A DNA stretch of 64,000 nt from a virus (Duplodnaviria; Caudoviricetes): the IMG/VR virus record IMGVR_UViG_3300009183_000045. One strand, given 5' to 3'. This document shows, one piece after another, positions 9,354 through 18,916 of the stretch; within the stretch, counting starts at the first letter, position 1, and each line of letters begins with the position of its first letter. Under the pieces are notes generated by a model that was given only the letters and a program-made list of their open reading frames with translations, ran no database searches and was not told the DNA's origin. Position numbers and translations under genes: made by a program.

Positions 9354-11693
9354 CTATCCGAATAAATCAAACAAATCTGTCTGAACTTCTCTTCCTGTTT
9401 GTGGAAGTCTCCATCCAATACAATCATAAAACCTCTCTAGTGGAGGAGATACTATCTTGTCAAACATGGTTTGATAATCGGGTTTGACGTGTTCATAAAG
9501 TTCTGTAGGATATCTTTCCATGAAAGCCATACTTTTGTAATTGAAAGCGTTCTTGCTTGTGTAGAAATATTTCAATTTCATGGCACTTCCTATAGATTCA
9601 TACTGATGATCCAATTTATAATGCTTGAGGAGTTTATTAAAGTGAATAGCACTCTTGGCTTGGAGAGTTGTTCCCTTTCCTATTTGTCCAAAAGCGTCTA
9701 TTTTGGCTTCATATTTTTCATAATCAGAAATTTTGGTTCTAATTGAAATGTTTTCCACCGGCATACTACAAAAGTCTTCATGAGCTTTCTTAAATATGGT
9801 GTCTGCTTTCTTTTTATCTTGAGCCATCATTGCAGATTCAATCACACTTTTGATTAATTCTTTAACTTCCTTCGAGATTGTAGAGCGAGCTATCTCAACT
9901 CCTACATATTTGAAAGGTTTCTTCGGAATCTTGCCTTCTTTGTCTATAATGTGTAGTATATAGCGCTTCTTAGCATCAAATAAAGCTACATCACAAATTG
10001 TTTCTTGTTTAAAAACAAACCGTGGATCACTTACTTTCAGTTCTTTTCGAGCCCATATCTTGATTTGTTCATTGAGATATACGTCAATTTCCCCGATTAC
10101 CTTCCTGGCTCCTTCTGTAATCTTGCCGTTTTCCTGCAGATTGATGTTTAGGGTATTGAGGATGGGTTCGATGGAAAAGTAAGCAGAATCAGTATCTCCG
10201 TAGCGATACAGGTCGCCTTTCTTCCCGGTAAACCCTTGCTGCCGGGCATATTCTAAAACAATTTCTGGAGCTTGCTTGGCCACTGTTTGGCCTGTTAGAG
10301 TAATGCTAGCGGAATGATCAATGTCAAAAAGCGGAGAATATTTCTGTGCAAATACACCATAAATGGAGTTTAGAATCAACTTAAACACATTTTGTTGTGT
10401 GTCAAGGTTAAGAATCTCGGCTTCAAGCCGTAATTTTTCCTCTTTATCTGTTAATGTCTCTGCAATATCTGTTAATCTTGAGGCTTCTCTCTGAGTTTGC
10501 ACTCGTTCATCATACAATCTATCGATTAAAGCAGGCACAACACCACGAAATTTCTGTGTATACAATACATTATACTTAGAAATTGACAATTCTTCTTTCT
10601 GTACCAGGCGATTAAACTTTTCTTCAGAGAGAATTACTGTTTTTTCATTGGAAAGACGAATTGTATACTCATTATTTTCTATTTCGACTATTTTTCCTAT
10701 CTTTGTCTCCGGAGAAATGTTCAAAGTGATGATTGTATTTGGATATAGACTGTTTGCATCATAGCTTACCACAGATTTACACAGACCTCTCTCGGGTTCG
10801 TGTACATATCCACCTACATATTCATCTCTGATGCCGTCATTCTTGAATGTAGGGATGCGATATCCCTGTAAAAGAGCTTGATGAGCAACTGCTCCGGTGA
10901 TCATAGAGACCTTTCCGAGAGATTGTTCGAAGGGAATGAAACCTTTATAGGACAAAGCTCTAATCAATTTGAGAAATTTAAGCTTCTCTTCCATCTTTGC
11001 TAGCAGTCTTACATCTTGTATGTTGTAATCTACAAATAAATCCCAATCAGATTCTGAGAGAGCTGCTAGATTGGTGCCACCAACATCTGTTTTGCCTTCA
11101 TTCAATTCATATTCTGAAATATAATTCAAAGAATAAGACTCTCTGTCGCCGCGGGAGAAGGTTTTATACACCTCCATGTAGTCAATATTACTCACTCCAC
11201 GAATATACCACCTATCAATCATCTTACCCATCTTGTTCATTGCTACATTCTCTCGATAGTAGATAGCCCTTACCGGAGATAGACGAGAAGTCTCCTCTTG
11301 GCCCAAGAGTTTATTAATGCGATTCATTACATAAGGAACGTCAAATCCCTCAGAGTTCCAACCAACCATCATATCTGGAGGATCTTTCTCCCAGAAACTC
11401 AAAAAAGCATTTAATAATTCTGTTTCTTTTTTACAATATGTGTAAACAACATTATCTTCTTTAGGTTTATAGGGTTTCAATCCCCAAGAATAAAATTTTT
11501 GACTGATGGAATCAAAAATTGTAATTAAATTGATTGGGTCATTGGCTATTTTAGGCTCCGGAAATTCTCCTTGTTGACTATAACAAGAATTAAAGTATGA
11601 AGTCCAACACTGTTTATCTTCATCCCATACTTCATAATCTTCAAACATGTTGCTATTACGAAATTCTCCTAATTTTATTGTGGATTCAGCCAT
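9354..11693 (-). CDS. gp43 family B DNA polymerase, C-terminal part (rest of exonuclease plus polymerase domain), 779 aa
   Basis: ExoII GWNSEGFDVPY, ExoIII YNIQD, motif A SYDANSLYP, motif B KLILNSIYG, motif C YGDTDS, KKRY. Confidence 0.95.
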   Translation of the reverse strand: MAESTIKLGEFRNSNMFEDYEVWDEDKQCWTSYFNSCYSQQGEFPEPKIANDPINLITIFDSISQKFYSWGLKPYKPKEDNVVYTYCKKETELLNAFLSFWEKDPPDMMVGWNSEGFDVPYVMNRINKLLGQEETSRLSPVRAIYYRENVAMNKMGKMIDRWYIRGVSNIDYMEVYKTFSRGDRESYSLNYISEYELNEGKTDVGGTNLAALSESDWDLFVDYNIQDVRLLAKMEEKLKFLKLIRALSYKGFIPFEQSLGKVSMITGAVAHQALLQGYRIPTFKNDGIRDEYVGGYVHEPERGLCKSVVSYDANSLYPNTIITLNISPETKIGKIVEIENNEYTIRLSNEKTVILSEEKFNRLVQKEELSISKYNVLYTQKFRGVVPALIDRLYDERVQTQREASRLTDIAETLTDKEEKLRLEAEILNLDTQQNVFKLILNSIYGVFAQKYSPLFDIDHSASITLTGQTVAKQAPEIVLEYARQQGFTGKKGDLYRYGDTDSAYFSIEPILNTLNINLQENGKITEGARKVIGEIDVYLNEQIKIWARKELKVSDPRFVFKQETICDVALFDAKKRYILHIIDKEGKIPKKPFKYVGVEIARSTISKEVKELIKSVIESAMMAQDKKKADTIFKKAHEDFCSMPVENISIRTKISDYEKYEAKIDAFGQIGKGTTLQAKSAIHFNKLLKHYKLDHQYESIGSAMKLKYFYTSKNAFNYKSMAFMERYPTELYEHVKPDYQTMFDKIVSPPLERFYDCIGWRLPQTGREVQTDLFDLFG

Positions 11694-12487
11694 ATATTGC
11701 GCAGATTTGTTAAATTTTTATGTTTACAAGGAGATATATTCTCTATCAAATAAGATATAAATTCCTCTTCAGACATATTAGCGTATCTCTTACCCGAAAT
11801 CTCCCTTTGATTGGTTTTTTTACCCTTTTTGGCTTCTGATATCTTTCGTCCTCTTTCAATGTGGTTAACATTTTGGTTGTGCAAAGATTTTTTTAATCTA
11901 TTTTTTTTATCCTCAGCTGATAATTGAGATATATTTAATTTAGCCTTGCTGGATAGTTGCTGCCTCACCTCTAATGTATATCCTGCAGAGACTACCTTGG
12001 ACCTATCCCAGTGGCCGTAAATATATTTATTTTTTTTAATATTCACCCTATTGCCACATCCACATAAACAAATTGGTAAATTTTCTAATTTAATCTGATT
12101 TAAAATTAAATTTCTTTTTTGGTGGGATTCTGAGACCTTAAGGCGTGTCTCTGGATTTTTCATTGGATGATTGATTGAATATTCTTTCCTGGCAATTTCA
12201 AATTGTCTAGAAGTAGTTTTTCTATTTTTAGAATTATGAAAACACATTCGATTAAAAGCAGATGATAATTTAGTCTTTATCTGAATATTGTCTTTTTTAT
12301 ACATTTTACACAAAAGCCAATGAGCTATAAAATGTTCCCTGGCGGTGAGTAAACTAATATTGGAAGTTTCATTAGAACCCCCTAAACATTTAGGAATTAT
12401 ATGATGTCTTTCATAATATTGAAGAGTTAATTTAATTCTAGTTGTTCCTCTAGTACAGATTTTGAGATATATAGACTTATAATTCAC
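11675..12487 (-). mobile_element. HNH homing endonuclease gene (GTG start) inserted between the two gp43 pieces
   Basis: ERHHIIPKCLGGSN...N...LTAREHFIAH HNH motif, CLCGC and basic C-terminal DNA-binding region. Confidence 0.92.
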
Positions 12488-12490
12488 ATA

Positions 12491-12500
12491 TATAATTATA
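12491..12500 (-). promoter_or_regulatory. Palindromic TATAATTATA, candidate late promoter for the HNH gene
   Basis: Variant of T4 late TATAAATA; the TAATTA core ends 5 nt before the GTG. Confidence 0.45.
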
Positions 12501-12516
12501 AGTCTCTAAGTCCCGG

Positions 12517-12915
12517 TTAAGATTTTTTTCTTATTTTAATTTTATGATCGTCCTTGTATCTCATACCGTACGTTTCAATGTCCCAAAAGTAAATCTTTAA
12601 AGGATTTGCCAGTGCTTCTGGCTTATGGATATCATCTTTGAATGAAGACAACAAAAATTCTTGTTCACAACTGAGATTGTGAAATATTCTTTTAATGGCC
12701 GTCTCGTTTACAAATTTATTACGTTCAAATTGATTTTTGAACTTAACTTTTTTTAGAGGTGTATTAAAAATAGAGACCGCATCTGTGCCGTATGCAGATT
12801 CTACGAACAGATGCGGTTCATAACTGGATTCTAATTTGATTCGTTTACCATTTTCATTCCACGTCCACAGATGGACACACTGTTTTGCGGAATCATAAAA
12901 GACATTTCGATACAT
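12517..12915 (-). CDS. gp43 DNA polymerase, N-terminal part (N-domain plus ExoI motif), 132 aa
   Basis: MYRNV...W..NG.R....YEP.LF gp43-type N-terminus and ExoI YFWDIETY, then ends with KIRKKS-stop. Confidence 0.9.
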   Translation of the reverse strand: MYRNVFYDSAKQCVHLWTWNENGKRIKLESSYEPHLFVESAYGTDAVSIFNTPLKKVKFKNQFERNKFVNETAIKRIFHNLSCEQEFLLSSFKDDIHKPEALANPLKIYFWDIETYGMRYKDDHKIKIRKKS

Positions 12916-12951
12916 CTCAATATTTTCATATCAATGTGATGGAATGTCACT

Positions 12952-13602
12952 CTATTTTACTTTCCATTTAACATCAAACTCGCTCCAATCTTCTGGAACA
13001 TCTTCAAATTTATTTTCTGTTAAAACTCCCCATCCAGATGAGCATTTTTTATAATTATCATCCAAGAAGACTTCAAAATTACTTAATTTGTTTTGAAATG
13101 TTTTAGATTTATTTGTGTAGATATTAGGTCTTCCGTCTTTTTCTACTTCACATTGTATTGTTTCTATAGATTTGTTATCTATTAGCAATTTTAAAGTGGT
13201 TAAAACTAAAAAATCACACCCCTGTAAATCACTTATATAAGTTTTAACACTTTTAATATCATTTTCTTCTAAAAAATTTATTAAATTTACAGTAGGCACC
13301 ACAATTTTTTCTTGGGTTTTAATTAAATGATATAAATTACTTTCTTTATTAGGTTCTAACAATGAACTAGAATCACCGTTGTTGCTTGATATGTAGAAAT
13401 ACATACTTTCATTATGTCTATCACACACAGCAGCATTAATTATTTTTACATGGGGGTGGGAGTTAAATCTTTGAAATAAAATTCTACAAAAATTTGGATT
13501 GGCTTCAAATATAAAAACTTTTTCATAATCATCAATCAAACCAGAAACACCATTTCCGTGATGGCCTCCTACATAAATTAAAACATTTTCGAATTTTTTC
13601 AT
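12952..13602 (-). CDS. FkbM-family SAM methyltransferase
   Basis: YVGGHHG, FEANP, NAAV, SSSL, SDLQGCD (D.EG.E-like). Confidence 0.8.
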   Translation of the reverse strand: MKKFENVLIYVGGHHGNGVSGLIDDYEKVFIFEANPNFCRILFQRFNSHPHVKIINAAVCDRHNESMYFYISSNNGDSSSLLEPNKESNLYHLIKTQEKIVVPTVNLINFLEENDIKSVKTYISDLQGCDFLVLTTLKLLIDNKSIETIQCEVEKDGRPNIYTNKSKTFQNKLSNFEVFLDDNYKKCSSGWGVLTENKFEDVPEDWSEFDVKWKVK

Positions 13603-13605
13603 TTT

Positions 13606-14925
13606 TTATTTGGATAACTGATCTTGATTTAGTTTAATTAAATTAGGACTTTTTAAATTTCGCTCTTTAGATCCCCAATTAGTAAAATACATTGCCTCAA
13701 ATTCATCCAAATGATCTTCTAACCACAATTTGTCCGTAAAATCGTGAATATTTTTAGAAAGTTTCATATATCTGTCATAATCTGATGTAATGTGTTCTAA
13801 TTGGCTTATCAGATCAACACCTTTATCAAATTTTAACTCTGCATCTTTATATGTACAGAGATTTTGAAAGGTTCCTGGCATGCCAAATGCACCGGATTCA
13901 ACAATTTTAATGTTACTTTTAGATTTATTGAAAATATTATCTTGCAAGGGTGCAAAACTTACGTTACATGCTGCATCGTGTATGGCTTTGGGTAAATCAA
14001 ACAAAGAAGACCACGGTAAAAATTCCATTTCACCATTATCAATAAAGGGTTTAACCGAAAGTGGAAATGTTCCTTTCCAAACAAATTTAAATTTCTTGCG
14101 AGCCTTAATAATTTCATCAACAACGTGAGCAAAATCATCCTTTAGTCCAGTTTTATTGGCAACATCTATATGAGTGCCGGAACCAGCATACAATACTCGT
14201 GGTCTCCTCTTATGTTGATCATAAAGTTTTGCTATTCTATCTGGATAATAGTAATGTCCCAACCATTGTTTTGGAGCATAATTAGGAATGACTGTTACTT
14301 TCTTCGAACCAGTTTTTTCAATATAATAATCTTTCATATATTGACAGGTGACTGTCATCTCGTCCATCAATTCCATAATTTCTAAAATAGTGTTTTCCAC
14401 TTCTGAGGATGCAAAAGCTTCCTTGCATCTATTATAATCTGGAATATCATTTCGGAAGACCACATCATCAATTTCATACACCAATTTATAACCAATTTGA
14501 TCTTTATGTTTGTGAAGTTCTTGTATAAAACTTTTTTGTACCGGAGTTGCCTGTCTTTGCATTCTTATAGTTTTAATGTTTTGATAAAAACGCAAATCTA
14601 AAACCATACTAGTTAATCCAGATACACAAGCCTTATGATAAGCATTGAGAGAAATTTCGGGCCATATCATACGCCAGAAACCACAACCACCGTAATCTGC
14701 ATAATAGTTTAATGCTCGTGGTAAGTTGGCTTCTTGCATTACTACAGGTGCCTGCACTGGAATCCGAATAGGAACAGATGAGATGTATCGGTTCTTGGGT
14801 AAAAAAGATTGATAATGTCCAGATGGTAAATTTGGAATACCATGTTCCACAGAAGAATATTCGTAAACTATTTTATCATCTAAATTATGAGATGAATTGT
14901 CTGAAGATTTTAATTTTAAGGCCAT
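13606..14925 (-). CDS. GT-B fold glycosyltransferase, 439 aa
   Basis: DYGGCGFWR, YEIDD, APL..N.FNKSKSNIK.VE (GT4-like nucleotide-sugar motif). Confidence 0.75.
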   Translation of the reverse strand: MALKLKSSDNSSHNLDDKIVYEYSSVEHGIPNLPSGHYQSFLPKNRYISSVPIRIPVQAPVVMQEANLPRALNYYADYGGCGFWRMIWPEISLNAYHKACVSGLTSMVLDLRFYQNIKTIRMQRQATPVQKSFIQELHKHKDQIGYKLVYEIDDVVFRNDIPDYNRCKEAFASSEVENTILEIMELMDEMTVTCQYMKDYYIEKTGSKKVTVIPNYAPKQWLGHYYYPDRIAKLYDQHKRRPRVLYAGSGTHIDVANKTGLKDDFAHVVDEIIKARKKFKFVWKGTFPLSVKPFIDNGEMEFLPWSSLFDLPKAIHDAACNVSFAPLQDNIFNKSKSNIKIVESGAFGMPGTFQNLCTYKDAELKFDKGVDLISQLEHITSDYDRYMKLSKNIHDFTDKLWLEDHLDEFEAMYFTNWGSKERNLKSPNLIKLNQDQLSK

Positions 14926-14956
14926 TGAAATAAATAGAAAAATTTTTCAAATGTCA

Positions 14957-15709
14957 CTAGACTCTTAACGCTCTATCCCAAACCATTAAATGCAAACGAG
15001 GAGACATTTTAAATCCATACTGCTTACACAATTCTGCCACTGGTTCTGCATTATCTATATGTTCTGCTCTTGAACCGGCACATACCATAATCCATATAAG
15101 ATCCCGAGGAATCATAAGACCAGGGTGATTAATAAAATCTATAAACAACTCTTGCATATCAGTTTCATCCTTGATGACAAATTTAAAACAGGAATTGTGA
15201 TCTACATGAAATTTTAAAGCCTGTAAATTATAACGCTTTTGTTTAGAATCTCCGTTAGAGGATAATTTTGGAGACGTTGTAAAAGTTGCATTATATTCTT
15301 CTACCCATTTTGGATCCGGTAGAATGGTACCATTGGTCTCAAAATCTATACGAGGAAGAAATCCAAAGTGATTTTTAAAGGCTTCTACAAACTTTAATAG
15401 AGGTTCTTGCCGGAGCATGGGTTCTCCTCCAGTAATTTTCCATATATCACCTCGACGGAGGTTATCAGCTAATCCATTTTCTTTATAAAATTTGAACAAT
15501 TGTTCAAAACTATACTTATTTTTCTTAGACCAAGAGATATAAGAATCACAACCCCACGGAGAATCTGGTGATGCCCATCCGCGGCAGGTTAGGTTGCACC
15601 CAAACAGCCTCATGAATACACTCGGATAACCAATAAACTTTCCTTCACCTTCAATGGTATGAAAACCAGGTCCATCATCACTGATCAATAGATAATTTTC
15701 TTCAGACAT
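14957..15709 (-). CDS. queE: 7-carboxy-7-deazaguanine synthase (radical SAM)
   Basis: F.TIEGEG...G.PSVF.RL.GCNL.C...CDS, ITGGEP, ETNGT, SPKL, PRLH..W. Confidence 0.93.
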   Translation of the reverse strand: MSEENYLLISDDGPGFHTIEGEGKFIGYPSVFMRLFGCNLTCRGWASPDSPWGCDSYISWSKKNKYSFEQLFKFYKENGLADNLRRGDIWKITGGEPMLRQEPLLKFVEAFKNHFGFLPRIDFETNGTILPDPKWVEEYNATFTTSPKLSSNGDSKQKRYNLQALKFHVDHNSCFKFVIKDETDMQELFIDFINHPGLMIPRDLIWIMVCAGSRAEHIDNAEPVAELCKQYGFKMSPRLHLMVWDRALRV

Positions 15710-15718
15710 ATATTTATA

Positions 15719-17539
15719 TTACTGCAAAATTCTAGTAACGCCATCTTGTTTTTCTAAAAGAATGACTTGATCTATTCCGGCTCTGTCCGTGGCTTTGTTA
15801 TGTGATATGATATACACACTTTCCTGGTAGGTTTCTACCCGAGTCCGAAGAATATTAAGAATTTTGTCAACTCCCTTTTCATCTAGGGCGGAATCAAATA
15901 ATTCATCATACATACTCAAGGAGAAAGAGGTTCCAGCCTGCATGCGTAATACATCTTGGAACATAAAGAGGATGGCTAGATCTATTCTCTTCCGTTCTCC
16001 TCCGCTAAAATTAAAGTAAGAACATTCTATTCCTCTCTCGTTATAAATAGTCTCTTCAAACATTTCATTAAACTCACACTTACAAGGAGCTTCTAGAGCT
16101 TGTAGATAGAAATTAAGTTTTGAATTGAGGATATTTAACATCTTTTTAATGATGAAGGTTTTTACACCTTCTTCTGACACGATATACTTGGCAGATTCTA
16201 AAACATTTATCCTTTTTTGAATGTTAGATAGTTTTGTTTCCAGTTCTTCATTTTTTGAAGAAGCGGTGTCTATTAAAAGAGTAAATTGGTTGGGTTCGTT
16301 CTGTATTTCTAAAATTTCATTGTGAATTTCTTCATTACGGCCTTTAAATTGATTTATTTCCTGGGAGACCAAATTTAAAGAATTTAATTCTTTCCCATGT
16401 TTCTTAATATCTAAATTTAAATTATTAATAGCATCAGATATTATATTGCAATTTTCTTTCTGACTTTGTAATTCCTTAGAAGTAAACTTAATTAATTCTT
16501 GATCAATTTTTATATTAGAATCAAATTCTTGAATGAGCTGTTTAATATGTATTTCATCTACATTCTCAAAATCTCTTTTACACACCGGACAAGTTTTTGT
16601 GGTTTGCTGTAGTTTTAAAATTTCTTCTTTGTTTGTTTTTACGGAAAGATTTAATGCATTTATTTTTAAATTTATATCAAAAATCTTTTCGGAACATTCT
16701 AAAGACAGAGTTTGGAGTTGAGATATTTTAAATTCTTTCTTATCAATTAGTTCTTTTAAATTTTGTTGAGCATTTTCAACTCCTTTAATATCTGCATTTT
16801 TTTCTTCTAAATTTTTGATAGTTTCTAAATTTTCATTAACCTTTTTCTGCAAGGAAAATACTTTTAAATCTAGATTGTCTTTCCATTTTTTGGATTGATT
16901 TTTGTAAGTTTCTAGGTTTTTTTGATTGTCTAAAAAATTAAAACTGTCTTGTTCATTTTGTTTCTTACACTCATTAAGATCTGAGCGAACCTGCAATAAC
17001 ATTTCGCCGAAGATGCCTAGATGCAAAACGCCTTCAACAAATTTACGCTTGTCTACCTTCTTCTGAGCCATAAAAGGTAGTGTGTTATTAGCAGTCATAA
17101 TAACTGCATTCTGAAACACTTCTTCACTGGCTCCTATAATTTCTTTTATGAGTTCGTCTGTTTTGGGTAAGGAGGATCGTGTTATGTCAACTCCATTACA
17201 TAATAATTCTGTTTTGTTGGGTTCGGCCCTTCGTGTTAGTATATAACTGTCTATTTTCTTTGAAGTAATAACATCAAAATTTAAAACAACACAACACCCA
17301 CCTTTGGATTGATTGTGGATAATTTTATCTCTTTTAATGTCTCTTATGGTATTTCCGAATAATGTCCAGTAAACTGATTCAATTAGGGTACTTTTTCCTA
17401 CACCGTTGCGACCACCCTTGTCTCTATTTTCCCCAGTAATAAGACTTATGCCTGAATTAAACCATAACTCCAGAGACTCTTCACCAACTGAGAGAAAATT
17501 TTGTATAATTATTTTTTTAAATAAAATTTGCTTCACCAA
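15719..17539 (-). CDS. gp46 Rad50/SbcC-like recombination ATPase
   Basis: QNFLSVG, Walker A NGVGKST, coiled coil with CPVC zinc hook, FSGGE signature, YDELFD. Confidence 0.95.
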   Translation of the reverse strand: MVKQILFKKIIIQNFLSVGEESLELWFNSGISLITGENRDKGGRNGVGKSTLIESVYWTLFGNTIRDIKRDKIIHNQSKGGCCVVLNFDVITSKKIDSYILTRRAEPNKTELLCNGVDITRSSLPKTDELIKEIIGASEEVFQNAVIMTANNTLPFMAQKKVDKRKFVEGVLHLGIFGEMLLQVRSDLNECKKQNEQDSFNFLDNQKNLETYKNQSKKWKDNLDLKVFSLQKKVNENLETIKNLEEKNADIKGVENAQQNLKELIDKKEFKISQLQTLSLECSEKIFDINLKINALNLSVKTNKEEILKLQQTTKTCPVCKRDFENVDEIHIKQLIQEFDSNIKIDQELIKFTSKELQSQKENCNIISDAINNLNLDIKKHGKELNSLNLVSQEINQFKGRNEEIHNEILEIQNEPNQFTLLIDTASSKNEELETKLSNIQKRINVLESAKYIVSEEGVKTFIIKKMLNILNSKLNFYLQALEAPCKCEFNEMFEETIYNERGIECSYFNFSGGERKRIDLAILFMFQDVLRMQAGTSFSLSMYDELFDSALDEKGVDKILNILRTRVETYQESVYIISHNKATDRAGIDQVILLEKQDGVTRILQ

Positions 17540-17565
17540 TTTAGTTTAACTCAAACTAATGAAAA

Positions 17566-18207
17566 TTACACCAAAAATGAGGTGTTTTTAAAAACAGCTG
17601 ATAATATATTTGTTTGATTGTCAGACGGAACTCTAATACAATCCTCTACATTTGAAGAATTTATTAAATGATAACCAATTTCATTCATAAAATTGGTTAA
17701 AGAAGACAAATTAAAATGCCACAAATGTTCATCTGGTCTTCTATGTTTCCAATTTAAAAACCATTCATCTGAATTATAATGACATTCTGGGACAGATATA
17801 TAAATGTATTTTGTTTTTAATTTCTTAATTTCATATATGTCTTCAAAATGTTCCAACACATCAAAAAAACAAACAACATCATACGAGTCTTTGTAGATAT
17901 CATCTACACAAATGCAGCCACTTGGTGTTATATATTCATTGACCTCAAAACCAAAACAGTTTTGAATCTTGGATTTAGCTGCATTTAAAAAATCACCATT
18001 TCCGAAACCAACATCTAATATACTCGTTGGAACTTTGTCCAACGAGCCTATCAAATAACCCAATCGCAAGTATGACATATTAATAGATAATTCCTTATAT
18101 ACATCATATCTTTGTTTAATATAATCTATATTATATTCTTTTTTGTGTTTAAAAAAATTTTTCTGTTTTATTAAACCGTTTTTGAATTTTTCATAGTTGT
18201 CTACCAT
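17566..18207 (-). CDS. Class I SAM-dependent methyltransferase
   Basis: ILDVGFGNG, YDVVCFFDVLEH. Confidence 0.85.
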   Translation of the reverse strand: MVDNYEKFKNGLIKQKNFFKHKKEYNIDYIKQRYDVYKELSINMSYLRLGYLIGSLDKVPTSILDVGFGNGDFLNAAKSKIQNCFGFEVNEYITPSGCICVDDIYKDSYDVVCFFDVLEHFEDIYEIKKLKTKYIYISVPECHYNSDEWFLNWKHRRPDEHLWHFNLSSLTNFMNEIGYHLINSSNVEDCIRVPSDNQTNILSAVFKNTSFLV

Positions 18208-18208
18208 A

Positions 18209-18916
18209 TTATATTTTTATCCAATTATTTTTAGTTCTGTGTGGTTCTTCGGGATTTCTACAATATTTTAAATCATGATGAAATAATTTACTGTTTGTAG
18301 ATATACTATCAGCTAGTAAATGAAAACAAGAATCAACTGCATGTATTTCTTTTGCATTTTCTATGAGTTTACAATAATCAAAAATTATAGGAGTTATGGG
18401 TTCAACAAAAATTCTTTTTATATCTGTTCTCAAACTTTCATACACTATACGATCACCACCAGAACTTCCGTTTTTGTGTATTAAAATATATTCTTGATTG
18501 TCGGGGTTTAAAATATTATATAGATTATTTTCTCTTTCTTTATCTCTATTAAATTTAAATCCTTCCCATCTAATGTTAAAATCTATCTCATATTGTTTGT
18601 AAAAAATTTCATCCCAGGTTAAAACATTGTTAGGATCTTTTTGCAAGGAACGCAAATGGTCAAATCCTATTTTTAATAAAGAGGGATGTGTCAAATTATT
18701 TTTTGAAATAAAATTATCAATTTGATGATATTGTCCGCTCAAATATTTTACACCATTTATGTCTCTATACATAAATTTAACAGATTCTAAATTTTGAGGA
18801 GTTACTGCAATGTGGGGTTCATCTATTTGATAAAGTTTAATAAGTTTTCTTACTAACCCGTTACAAATTATATGATCTCCTAATCCCAAGTGATGATAAA
18901 TATAGGTTGTTTTCAT
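18209..18916 (-). CDS. Putative GT-B (GT9-like) glycosyltransferase
   Basis: HHLGLGD.I...GL N-terminus and AKEIHAVDS C-terminus. Confidence 0.55.
   Translation of the reverse strand: MKTTYIYHHLGLGDHIICNGLVRKLIKLYQIDEPHIAVTPQNLESVKFMYRDINGVKYLSGQYHQIDNFISKNNLTHPSLLKIGFDHLRSLQKDPNNVLTWDEIFYKQYEIDFNIRWEGFKFNRDKERENNLYNILNPDNQEYILIHKNGSSGGDRIVYESLRTDIKRIFVEPITPIIFDYCKLIENAKEIHAVDSCFHLLADSISTNSKLFHHDLKYCRNPEEPHRTKNNWIKI

Noticed and set aside
11675-12516. Canonical group I intron in gp43
   Set aside because: Only 29 nt of non-coding space, the ORF overlaps the downstream exon, and I could not find P3-P9 or an S element. Kept only as an alternative hypothesis.
11580-12570. Functional split intein
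   Set aside because: The insert is about 50 aa, with no N-terminal Cys/Ser nucleophile at the junction and no convincing His-Asn end; too small for a Hint fold
15711-15718. Late promoter TATAAATA for queE
   Set aside because: Exact consensus, but it ends 1 nt before the ATG, so the transcript would start inside the gene; probably AT-rich start context
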